From the NCBI GenBank assembly GCA_964276515.1, contig OZ193909.1, positions 4,278,001 to 4,342,000 of the forward strand: 64,000 nucleotides of DNA, in the 5' to 3' direction. Of this stretch, positions 28,344 to 41,700 are shown piece by piece (position 1 is the first letter of the stretch; the number at the start of each line of letters is the position of its first letter). Under the pieces are notes generated by a model that saw only the letters and a program-made list of their open reading frames with translations, made no database searches and was not told where the DNA came from. Made by a program: the position numbers and the translations under genes. Source of the DNA: Gordius albopunctatus (Eukaryota).

Positions 28344-29756
28344 GAATCCGTTATATATAATAACTATACTATAATAGGTTATGTGTAAAGCGTAAAGTCT
28401 CACACAAATTGTGCAATAGATAGGCAACAAGTTGTTTAAAGTTGAACAAAAGTGACTTTGATAACTGGAAGGGAGCACCTTTAAAGTAGATCGGAGTCAT
28501 GAGATTAAATTTTACACCGCAATGTCCCATTTTGATGTCACTTTGTATACATCGGAAATTTCTCAGGGGTTTGACTGTAGCTGTGAAAATAAACTTTGTC
28601 CTCGAGGATTATAAAAATTAAAAAAAAATTTATGTACCTTTAAATTAATAAGTAGATTTGCATAATTTTTGATTAAACAAACTTTTAGGTTTAATTATTA
28701 TAAATGTCATTTTACAAAAACGGAAAGAATTTTATGATAAATATATTAATTACATTTTGTCATTCCATTATTGTTATTAATAACATTTGATTTCCTAAAG
28801 AACCAAATTTAGTAATGGAACAACAGTATATGCTAATTTTGACACTTATTAGAGTACAGAATAAATTTTCCCCTTTCACTTAGTTTTACCAAAACGTTAA
28901 TTTCTCGCAATGTTTATGATCCTAAAACGATTCGATATCACGCTTATACGTTCCCTCTAATTTATTATACCACTTTATTTCATCTTTTATAGCTCCTTTC
29001 ACTCCACCCGCTCTTTGTGCAAATTGTTGGGCAGTGTTAATTATGGTCAAAGAGTACCGATGCAGCCGGGCACCCCATTTCAGCCAAATTGCAGGCTGAG
29101 CACTTAAACCGATCCTTTCGAAACGTCCTTTTGCAGGAGCGCTTGGGAGGTCAGCATAAATTAATCTCTCAGCTAATAGCAGCAGCACAAGCTAAAACAC
29201 ATTCATTTATTATAATCATATCCATATCCATATATTGCGAACTAAACGATGAGAGAAACGGAAACCTGATATTAGTCTCTCCCCCTCTCCTGTCCCCCTT
29301 TTCTCCCCATTTGTAATTGTGATAATAATGCTCTCATAAAAGTGTAGTCCATAGATTGTCGTATAGTAGTGGGGTACATACACACAATGTTACTAATCGT
29401 TCACCCCCTCAACCCTCTCTACGCGGTTTATCATTATTGTTTTTTTTCCACAATTTCCATTCAATCTTTAAAAATGTTTAAAAGTTTACATTCGACGATT
29501 CATTTCACCTTAACCTCATCCTCTGTATCGTAAATCGTATCAGAATCGCATTTCTCAATAAATTATATCGTAAAATTGAATTTAAAAGGAGCCATCTAGA
29601 ATTGCCTTGAAACGGCGTATCTGCTTTAGCAATCATACTTTAATTCCGAAAACTTCAGGCCTTTTAATCAACTATTCTCCTAACATTGATATTCACATGG
29701 AGGTTCTACACATTGAAGTTGTCATAATTTATTAAGTAATAAATTTCAATTTGAAA

Positions 29757-32700
29757 ATGCTAAAATATCTCATATTAATATGTTTTGCCTTCGGAGCGTC
29801 GTGCGATGGTCAGGATCCCACTGGCAAAATATTTCATAATAATGAAATTGATAATCTAAACTTTCAAAGTTCCAAAAACCTGACGAATCTAAATCATATG
29901 GTTATCGACCATTATTCACATATTCCAATAATTTACGTGATTGGAAACGATCTATTGTACGCCTTGAACGGACTGGATTTCGCTGTTTTGGCTACAATAA
30001 ATTTGAGCTATCGCACTTTTTGTCAACGCGAAGAATATTACATATTTTGTTCCAAACTTTCTAACAAGTCACCTTCACCAGAACTGAATAGCTTAAACAT
30101 CAACAAACTTTTACTCTTGGACACTCTAGCTCGACAGCTTATAGTTTGTGGGACTTTTGGTGGTTTTTGTCAAACCATAGCCATAAGCTATGATCCAAAA
30201 TCGACGGTTTCTACGTATCACGACGGGGTAGCTTCAGTGACCGATTCCAATTTTCAATTTGGAAAGACGATATTACAAGTCAAATTAACCTTTGCACAAT
30301 TATCAACGACTCAAGTTGTGTCCGAATTTATGCCATCGTCGACGCTTGGTTTTCTAGCCGTGAAGCCTCCCATCATTAATTTTGATAGGATGGATTACAA
30401 ATTCGTAGCCAAAAGAGATCGGCCAAATAGTAATATCCCACCCCGTTACATGTACGTTGGGGAAACATACCTAGGTCACAACGACAAGTTATGGTCCGAG
30501 TTTCAATCATCATCCCTAAGTGTGCGGGTACCACGGGATAACTTCGCTTTAGCTAATGACGGCATCCGCGGTGGTCAAAGTCGGTTACAAATTTTGAAAG
30601 ACCTCAGCCATTCTTACAAAGTAGTGTTTGAGTACGGGTTCGTTGCCGAAGGTTTTGCTTACACCTTAACCATACAGCCCGAATCTACGGGATTGAGGGC
30701 CGGGAACATGGATTTCAATTTTGTCGGGCAAGTGGGTAGCGCGAAGCCCAAGTTACATAGCATCATATCGCGGGTCTGTATTCAGGATGATTCCTTTCAC
30801 ACCTACGTAGAAATTCCCTTAGAGTGTGACTTCGGATCATCGCATAAAGTTATGAAGGATTCTGAAAATAACGATGCCCTCCCTAATTCCTATCCAATAT
30901 TGAAGCGCGCCTATTTCGGTAACGTGGGCCAAGACCTAACCTCAGCCTCTTATGATCATTCAACAAGGAGCGATATCAACCTGGATACACGAACCCTAAT
31001 AGCAGTTTTCGCGAAGGAAAGTCCCTCCCACACGCACAACGCAAAATTTTACCAGGCCACAAACTATTTTTTTGAACCATCGGATAGGTCGTCGGAGACA
31101 TATCGAGATGACATGGCTATTTGCTATTACCCTTTAGCTAAGATCAACGAAGCTTTCACTGACAACATAAGAATGTGCTATAACGGCACCTATCAGACTC
31201 GTGGCCTTAGTCACATCAACCCTGGCAACCCTAAATGCATTAAATCGGTAATTTTATTAAGCCTACTATGAAAATTCTTAAGATTAATTGTCATATTATT
31301 CAACATATCACATTTAAATAGTTTAAATAGTATTGGATAATCGTAAAAAGTTGGGAAATAGGCTACCCCAAACCAACTACAAAAGAATACACTTCTTATT
31401 AGTGTTCACAAAATTGTCATTCAAATTATTATGCGTCAAGAAACTTCGTCAAGATTTTAATTCAAATTGCCTCCTTGGCAAACAGAATTAATATTTAATA
31501 ATATTTTCTCTATTTCAGTATTAATAAATTGTTAATCAAATAAGCCCCAAATTTTTTTAAAAATAAAAATCTGCCGAGGTAAGGATGATTTTTGCCAAGC
31601 CTTTCATTTGATCGCATCATCTTAAATCCCCCCCCCCTCTCTTATACAGTGAATCAAGGTGACCCCGATCTTCTCGATTGCTAAATAAAACCCCTTACAA
31701 CACAATTTAAACCTATTAGATTACTCTGTTTTTTAAATTAAAAATCAATTTTTTGTTACTCACCTACCCCCTTCTTGATTTGCTTTAAGCTTCTCACTTT
31801 CGATTTCTGTTGGCATGCACCAAAATGTATTATTTAATCAAGGTTTAGAAGGGTAATTTCTCTTTTATGGTAGCGAGCTATTGTATTTCGTCAATAGAAC
31901 GTAGCCCTCAACCAATCCTAATAAATCTCAAATTCTCTAGGTTCAAGTTGCCGGTACCAGTCAATAGACTCGTGATTAGTACAGGCTACTTATTAGTATT
32001 CCACCTAGACGATCGCCAATCATATGGATTTGAAATAAAAGCCTCTTGTTTTTATTATTATTATATAAATTTTGTGTTACATAGCGAATCAAGTTTATAA
32101 AGACACTTTTTTAACATAGGATAGGTGTGTTTTTATGTCTTTTGTTAAAATCTCATGACACATAAAAGTGCTCGGGAAAATTCATGATTATCGACTAAAC
32201 CGCCGTCTTGTCCGCATTGTAATAATGAGGAGTGAGAAAATGGAGGACAAAATAATCCCACTCAACAACACAAAGAAAGGTCTCATCACTTTAATAAGGC
32301 TCTTGGGGAGGGGGGGGGGTGAAAGAGATTTACACGATCTCCACGTTATGAATGTAATGAGCAATAGACGTGTCCGTCCCCGTCCTTTTATTGTGCAATC
32401 GGACGGAGTAGATAGAGTTGGTTCAGTCATACATGTAAAATCTGGGCTTTTGCTGGTCCCTTTAATCATGAGAGGGCAAAGTAAAATTAAAAACATCGCG
32501 CTCAGGATCATAACCTCTCATGGTGTCATCGCTATGAGAGAGAGAGAGAGAGAGAGAGCAGGCTTGTCATCTTCTTTTTTAATTACATTAATGGAGCGAG
32601 GATAGATGCGTGTGTAACTAACAAGTGGAGGGTCGTTGATTTTTGGTTAATGTTGGAATAGTAGTTAATGTTACGTTTTTTAGGTGTAGGATAGTCAATT

Positions 32701-35700
32701 AGTGTCGAGAAGAGAGAAATCTGCAATTAAATTATATTAAGGAAATTGAAGTGCAGGTAACGGGATTGATATATATAAAACACGCTTTAATAAGTCACAA
32801 ATTTATCAAAGTTCACATCCATTTAAGCATGAATTACTACTGTTTTAGGGCTTGTCTTAATATCGGATTTTAACGCGCAGCAAAAATCGTCATACCTGTT
32901 TTAACATAGCCGTGTCTAAATATCCGATTTACATGAGATTTCGTTTTTAGAAGCATAACATAACAGCGATTTTGTAGGATGCAAGACTTTTCCTAGGGGT
33001 AAATGTTGTATGTTTTTAAATTTTAAGGTATCACTAAAGTTTAGATTTAATCTTAAGAGTTGAAATAAACAAAAAAAACGTTTTTAACTATCAAAAAACA
33101 AAATATTTATAATTACAACCGAGTTTGACCCATAAAATTGAATCGGATATTTAGACAAAGTTAAATTCGCGCGATATGAATCTGAATCCGATATTAAGAC
33201 AAGCCCTTAATCCCAACAAATCAAGAGGGAAAAGCATTTTTAGAATAAATATGCATAGCTCTATGAAAATTTCGCTCTGGGATTTATATTTAATAACGGA
33301 TAGTTATTATTATTATTATAATCTTTCTGCTTATCACAGAATACGTATGTGGGGTCAGATTTTTGCGACACCACTAAACCTAATCCAAGAATCGAAGGTC
33401 GAATGGCTTTAAAAAGTAATGCTATATACGAAGTCCAAAATGCATCCGAGGTTACAGCCTTTACTATAGGCATATCGGGTAGGCATACGGTAGCTTTTTG
33501 GGGCACAAATGATGGACGTCTGGATAAAGTAAATTTAAAACAATTTTTTGATTTTAATATATCTATAATAATGTAAAATTTAGATTTTGCTTGAAAAAAA
33601 TGGATCATTGCCTTATTATTCAACCCCAATTAATCCACATGGCGAGACGCTTCAAAAAGATTTCTACGTTGATGCAGCATCAAAAAGCATATACGCGATG
33701 ACATCGCATAAAGTATATTTTTAATATTTTCAGATTTATTACATCATAAAATATCCTTAATTGAATATAATAAATATGAGTTCACGCTCACTTAATTCCA
33801 TTTTTCATTATTTATCGTTGGCATTCCCCAGTAGATATGATGCTTAATTATTTATGATATTTATCTAACGCACAGCAAAAAACCCATTAAATACGGACTG
33901 ACTTGTGAGGGTAAAAATTTAGACAGCCAGGGGTTAATGGATATTAACTTTGGGAGGGACACTAATATGACATACCGAAAACAGCATCCATGTTTAGATG
34001 GGTGTTTTTCATCATAGTTGCATTAAGTATCTGCCTGCACAAACAAGTTCGCTTTATAAAGTTGGGCAAACGACGCCATGGCTGGCCATATTGTCATCAT
34101 AGTAGGATAGCATCAGACAAGACAGCCCTCCCCTCATTAATTTATCAGGACATCATCTTTGCTGCCATTTATTTGATGGATGATTTATTGTCACTAACAC
34201 TATACGCGACATTACGTATGGTAAGCTGCTTAGCCATCCGGAATAATGGCATAGCTCAAAACATGAAAATATAAGATATAATTCGCAGCGCTTCTCTAGC
34301 TAGCTCTATGCGTTACATTTAAATTTCAAACCTTAGATTTTAATCAAATATGAGATTCACGGGCTATTAAATGGGCCCGTACTTAAAAGTTTCACCAACT
34401 TTTTTATAATTTACTAAAGTTTAAGCAGTAGGATAATAATCATAAGTATAATTGTTGTAATATTATTTTTTAGTAATATTTAATTAGAGAATTATTTTAA
34501 ATATAAGGACTTTGATATAGCATGATGTTAATTGAATTAGATATTATATATGATAAGTTTTTAATATTTCCATAAATATTTATAACAAAAATTGAGATTG
34601 ACATGCTGGTCATTAGCATAAAATATAGTGCCTGACTTTTAGTTAAATGGCTATTTTATCTTGTAAATTAACGGAATCTGAAATATAACTTTACTTTTAT
34701 AATGTACATAGTTTTGCTTAGTTAAAAACATATAATGAGCATTTGCATAATATACCAACTAACACATTTGTATCGAGCGAAAAATTAGAAATACATGTTA
34801 ATGATTGCTTTAATGTGCTTTGAATCATTAAATTTTATTATTATAAATGGGTTGAAGTAATTTTTATTCCATTATCGTAAAATATGATGGAAACATTTGG
34901 GCATGTGTCTTTTTATTACTTGAAACATTTTGCATTAAGTTTATGAAATAAATGAAATAACCATAACACGGTTTTATAAATTTTTGTCTATTATAATGGT
35001 ATATCGTCGTCATTAATTTAATATAATTTATATGAATACAAAGGAAATGTATGTTAAAACTGTAGTAAAATTGACGTTTAATGAATGAGATTGCTTTATG
35101 ATAATTTTATGAGGTAATAAAAGAAGTATAAAATATGCCAGTCGCTTAATAAAATTAAATTTATTGGTATACTACATGTCCGTTATTATACGGTTTGGCT
35201 TCTTTAAGATCTGGGTAATAAGCTAATGGACTTTGTTAATAGGTATGGAATTGTTGTCTAACATTTATACCCCTTTAATGAGGCTCAAGAATGTGGATAC
35301 ATTCATAAATTAAATAATTTTAAAAAAATTTGTCCTCTCCGGGGATCGAACCAGCAAGTCAGAACGTATGAAGGAGGGAGGGACAATAGACTGACGGACG
35401 ACAAAAAGCGAGCCCATAAATTGCATAGCAATTAATATTTCCTACAGTTATAAAAGACTTAAGTTGCAATTCACTAATATGTAAAAATGATTATAATCTT
35501 TGATTAATATAAATGAAAATAATTTTATTGTTGCTGCTTTAAAAAATTGCTATATAGATGAATAACGAAATTGTATTTAATAGGTATACAAAATCAGTAT
35601 TGCATCTTGCGAGAGTTATAAGGATTGCTTAAGTTGCATGGAGGCCAGTGATCCATATTGTGGCTGGTGCACACATGACAATAAGTAATACATACTCCTT

Positions 35701-38700
35701 ATTATATCATATTATAAATGTTTAGTATTTTTTAGGTATTTAATGAAAAATTTAATAAAGTTGATATTAAATAAATGTACATTTATAATAAATTTATAAA
35801 TATGTAGGTGTACAGTTCAATCCGAATGCACGACCGCATCTGTCTATAGTCGATGGCTACCTTTTCGCTCAAGGCAGTGCGTTTATTTCAATTCGATCAA
35901 GCCGGAGAGAGCCGAACTTACCCAATTAACATCTGTAAGTTATTGAAAAGCTTTTTTTAATTATCCTGACCTGTTGTATCTTATATTTATTTTACATCTC
36001 TCCAGGTTCACCTCAATATATCCCATTTGCCTTCGTTGATACCTAACTCCCATTACATATGCGTTTTTGGGGAATCCAATCCCATCAGAGCACAAATTCA
36101 ACCCTGGGGACTCAAATGTCAACTGCCCTCATTCGAAGAGAGACCCGCTATAAACCCCGAAGAAGGTAACAATAGTGTCTACAGGACGGCTTGTTTTTGT
36201 TTGCCCGACCTTTGGTTTTATAGTTGACTCAACATAAATAGACCAAAGGTTCTTTGGTCTGGTGATACAAAATCCAGCCGTTTTAGCAACACTACCAGTA
36301 GCCGTCCATAACTTTATTTTTTTCTACTGCATTTTAGGCTTTGCCCAAGTGCCTTTACAGATATTTTCGAACGTTTCGAAAAAAATTGTCCTGGCCGAAC
36401 AAACTTTTACCTTTTACGATTGCACACACTTGGCTAATTGTCAATCGTGCTTGTCGGCTCAATGGAACTGCAATTGGTGCTTGTACGAAAATGTGTGTCT
36501 ATTTCACACCCTGCCTTGCCAGACCGTTGTTACAAGATCCGTTTCGGTACATATAAATTTATCCTTCATTATGAAGCATTAAAATTATTAAAAATCATGA
36601 AATTTAAATATCAAGAAAGTTAAAGCTTCATTGAGTTTGTTATAAATTTTGTTTGCAATTTATAAGGTATTGGGCCCTCAAAACCCGTCAGAGAAATGTC
36701 CGAAATTTGATTACGATTTTAACCCGAACATTTTGGTGCCGAATCAAGTCGCTACCGAAATATCTATTAAGGGCAAAAATCTACCCACACCTCTAGTAAG
36801 ATTTTGACAAACATTTTAGGTGTTTATCGTGATTAATTACTATTTAAAATTTTATGAAATAGGCCGGACAAAGTGGGTACAGCTGTTTGGTCGAATTTGA
36901 CGATTACAGTGTCCATGTGAAAGCGGTGACGAATGAAAACCACAAAATAATCAGTTGCCAACCTTATAAAGTATATCTTAATCAAAACTCTATTTAATTT
37001 ATTTATTTATTCAATTTAATTAGTATTTGTACCCGAGTGCTCAGCCACAAATAATGGGCAAATTAACGGTTCTCTGGAACGAAAAACACCGAGTGGATTC
37101 GACAGAGATAACGCTCTACAAATGCGAATCTCTTGCAACCGATTGCACACTTTGTAAAAATTTAGATCCTCTCTATAAGTGTACATGGTGTCCTTCCTCC
37201 AATACTTGTCTTCACGAGCATCAATGCCCATCGGCATTTATAATGGAAAATCATAGATGCCCCAGCCCCTCAAAATTAAAAGTAAATTCCATCTAAAAGA
37301 TTAAAATGTAAAAGAATATTTAATCAAATTTTGTAATAATTATCAGTGGTGTATGGATTTAAGTATTAGAATATAATGATTCGTATGAAATCGGCGGGGT
37401 TAGATTGATAAAATAATAGGTTGACGGAAATGGAACGCGATATTTCAGGCAAGTATAGCTCATCATCAGGAAAAAAAATACAAAGAATTATATCACAATG
37501 GATTGAAAGTGTAATATTTAATTAAAGGAATTAGAATGAACGAATTTTTAAAATATTACAAATCTTTTACAGATTTTTCCAGAATCCGGACCAAAAGATG
37601 GTGGAACTTTGGTTACAATCACAGGTCACGATTTGGTGCAAAAACACATGGACGAGTTAAATATAATAATTGGACAATCGGGTTGCATTATGAGATCATT
37701 CGAAGTTTCTACCAAGTAATAAAACATGCAAATTTTGTTTTATCTTTACAAGTTTTTTTTGCACGACTTAATAAAATAAATATTTTTATTCTTTTAGAAT
37801 AACGTGCCTTACATCGTCTTCAAACGTTGTTGGGACACAAGCTGTAATGATTTACAACAATCGCATTGAATCTCCTTATTTTTCAGAACTCAATTTCACC
37901 TATATGGTAAAAAAATAAAATTTAAAATATTTAACAATATTTTATTTTAAAATTATTATAGGACATTGAATTATACTCCATAACGCCTAACAAAGGACCC
38001 ATGTCAGGGGGGACTAGATTAACGGTAAAGGGGCGCAATATTAATATTGGGACAAAACAGAAAATCTTTTTAGACTATATACCTTGCCAAATACAAGAAA
38101 GGTAAAAAGATTTATATTTATTTACTTACTTAAATTTGTTAGAGCAATGTTAACTTTTCTTATTTTTGCCAATAAACCTGAATTTAAAATTATTCTCGCG
38201 TTTTGCGATAATAATAAACAATATCAGTCAAAACTAACTTCAGTAGACAGGTCTCCGAGGGAAAAAAACTATTTTAAATTGCGCATAAATTTCATTTTAC
38301 TTAATTTATAATTATTTACATCAACTAAATTGTCACTATTAATACTGTGTTTTAGTAATAAGGATGCCAGAGAAGGTATTCAACTACGAGATCCAAACAC
38401 ATTAACGTGTGTAACCCAATCCGTTTTATCTGCCCCATTGAAGATGGAAAAAGTTAGAATCGTTATCGATAATTTCGAAAAAACGATTGATGACGTATAT
38501 GAGTACATGCCTGATCCCGTAATCTATGCCATAAATCCGTTAGAAAGTTTTGCCAGGTATTATGACACAAAAAATCATTAAAAATTATTTTAAAAATAAT
38601 ATACTGTCACATCCTGAATTATTTTTAATGTGCCTCTATTTAAAATATTGACTTTGTCATGAATTATGAATTTATACAAAAATATTGCAGTGGCGGACGA

Positions 38701-41700
38701 ACCATGGTAATCACCGGGAATTCCTTCGATTTAATAACAGAAGCTTACCTGTTCCTGAATTTGCAAAATTACGAATTACCCAAAACGGTAAAATAACGAT
38801 CTTTTTGAAATGTGTTTGCTTAAATAGTCGAAAATAACTAATTGTTACAATTATCATTTCCCTTGAATATTTATATTACACTCATTTTTGGAAAAATAAA
38901 TAGTTAAATTAAAACTGAGCAACGTGCGAATTAAACTTTGCAAAATACTGTTTTATTTGAATATATAATTGAATTGCACACTATATTATTTGCGCACAAA
39001 TATATGATAGAAATGCGCTATCCTAAATGCTACGCTAATGATTTGCGCCTCACCAGCCTTGCCTTACGCCATCAAAAGTAAAAGCGCCTTTTTCTACGAA
39101 TCAATTCCTTTCGGATTCATAGTCGACGGAGTTAATTCTCTCAAGGTAAAAAAACAGAATTTTGTACACAAGATAAAAACTCAAAACATGAGTAAGTTTG
39201 TTGCTATTCACTTGCTAACATTTATTTTTATTGGAAACATTTAGCTTCGATTAAGGGTTTCAATTGATTACTAATATCTCCTAAACATGGGCGGGCCAGC
39301 ATTAGACTTAGAGGGGGGGGGCAATAATGATTTAGGGAGGGGCAAAATGATTTTTTTTTGAAATTTAAGGCATAATCTTAATAAATGTCAACCACTTTGT
39401 TGTTGGCAACCCTCCTATATAAAGAGCGAATTTAAGAGTTAGTGGTCTAAATGTAATATTTATGATTGAATAGAATTTGTCGGCCTATTACCCGCACCTA
39501 GAAGCTTCGATCAAATATTACCCTGACCCCGAGTTTTATCCATTTGGGGAAAATGGAAACGTCAAACTTTACAAAGGAGAATCCATAATCATTGAGGTTA
39601 GATTCAATTCATTACATATACACGTTAATTTATTGGACCTAGTTAGTGTGATATTTGTAAAAATCCAGTTATACCCTTGTCTAAAACACCCACTAAAATA
39701 TTGAATGATAATTTGTAAGACGAGTAATATAAAAGCATTCTCTAAACCAAATTTAATATAAAGAACTTAGTAATATCTGAGATAATAAGCGAGAATTCTT
39801 TTTACCAAATATTTTTTGTATTTTATACAGGGATCTAACATGGTTTGGGCCGATGAAATAAAAGTCACTATTGGTGCGGTTAATTGTCCGATAAACATAA
39901 TTTCGGTAACCCACTTGGTTTGCATGCCACCGACAAAAAATGAATTGTCACTTCAAAACAACCTCGATCCTACTTTATTGGATCTTGTAGATAAAGATAG
40001 CGATTTAGCTTTTCCCGTATGGGTAAGAAATAATTATATTATGTTTTAACCTTTTTTCCCTTAATTTTGGAATATATATTTTGTGTTACTCTGTTTTTTA
40101 TCATGCCAATATACGCAAGATTAGTGAGCTATAAACAATTTTTTATAGGCTTATAACTCAATAAATGCTTGCACCACTAGATGTATGGCTTTAATGTTTT
40201 ACTCTAAAAGCCGAGGTTTAATTTTATAAAGAAAATATTAAAAGGCTATAATTTTCTTGACACATTTTTAAACATTTGAACTGTTTGAATACTGAGTATA
40301 AAGGTATTTTAATACGTCCGATATTTAAAACTTCATCATTCATCACACCTCTTTCCACCTACCAAACTATGTAAATTTGTGCAGGCTTGCATTTTTAAAA
40401 ATAAATTGCCGAAAATAGGAACGTGGGCGTAGGCAGGATTGGATTCAGAGGGGGAAAATGATGATTTAGGGAGGAGAAAAATAATGATTTTTTTGAAATT
40501 TTAGCCATAATTTTATTAAATTTGGAAGAATTTTCGGTACGAACCAAATCTATTATAAAATGTTTACGTGCATATTAAAGGTGACGCTTGGAAATATTAA
40601 AACGAACGTGGGATATTTGCAATACGTCACAAATTCCAAGGACCCCGTCATAAATAAAATATCGGGAAAGTCGGGAAAATTGGCAGTCACATTACTAATC
40701 ATAAGCGGCTTCATATTTATCCTGGTTAGTGCAGTCATTTTGGTCATTTTTAATCGGAGAAGTCGATTGGCTGAGAAGGAATGCAAGAGGATCCAAATCC
40801 AAATGGAAACTTTGGAGAGCAATGTTCGTTCCGAGTGCAAACAAGGTTGTTATAAAGTTTAGAATTTTATGTCGGGGCAAATTATATAAATACAGTTCGG
40901 GGCGGGCACATTTTGAGAAAAAGTTATAATTTTACGGATGCTATATATAATTGCGTTGTAAAAATGGCTGAAAAAAATATTTAAAAATATTTAAAAAATG
41001 TCTGTTTATCAAATTTCGAATTAAGTCTACAGGTCGGCTAAACATATTTAGACTAAATGCTTTGGTTTGTTTACACCAAAGGTGGACCACCTACAACCCA
41101 TCAGTTTTTACAACACTAATTAAATTAAATTTTTAAAATTTAGGTTATTTCCTAAAGATTGATCGGATACTAGTTTGATAAGGGGTAGACAGGTTTGGAC
41201 TTTGGCAAACTCTCCTAGATTAATTAGCCTAATTATCAATTTCTGGGTGACAAGGATGAAATTTTGTGCTTGCCTTTATTTATCCTTTCTTGCAAGCATG
41301 AAGCATGTAACGCATTTTCCTGTGTTAATTATAAAGAAGACCAGCATATATGATTCAACAATAACTTGTTACGAGGATTAACTCTAAAATAACAAAACCA
41401 TTTAAATTAATTTTACTAATATTATGCAGCTTTTGCCGAACTCCAAACCGATATGTGCGACGTGGCTAGTGATTTAATCCTGTCCGGAATCCCGTTTTAC
41501 GATCGAAAAAGTTATGTCTCTAAAATATTTTTTCCCGATTTGAGTTCTTCCGAGATAACTTGGCTATTCACAGAAGAAGAAAAGGTAATATTTAACGCAA
41601 TGGCGGTAAAATTTATTTCGTATCCATTTAGTCCGTTGTAAAGTGTGTGGAGGTGACGAAAGAAAATCCTTATCAACGCTGTTACGCGCTCCTAGATCAA

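Noticed and set aside
32168..32605. 145-aa (+) and 107-aa (-) ORFs inside PlexB intron 1
   Set aside because: No recognisable domain; they run through a G-run and a (GA)n repeat and are explained by the locally higher GC of the structured island.
35338..35357. tRNA T-arm/B-box (ggttcgatcc) on the minus strand
   Set aside because: No D arm, A box or acceptor stem; at most a SINE relic.
37425..37472. Minus-strand CTGATGA…GAAA resembling a Penelope-type hammerhead ribozyme
   Set aside because: Stem II is imperfect and stems I and III cannot be formed.
41585..41646. Apparent intron hairpin gcaatgg/ccgttgt plus atattt/aagtgt
   Set aside because: Reading phase puts the acceptor at 41631, so the 3' arm is exonic. 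This shows that 6-7-bp helices can arise by chance and that the fold-back model needs shuffled controls.
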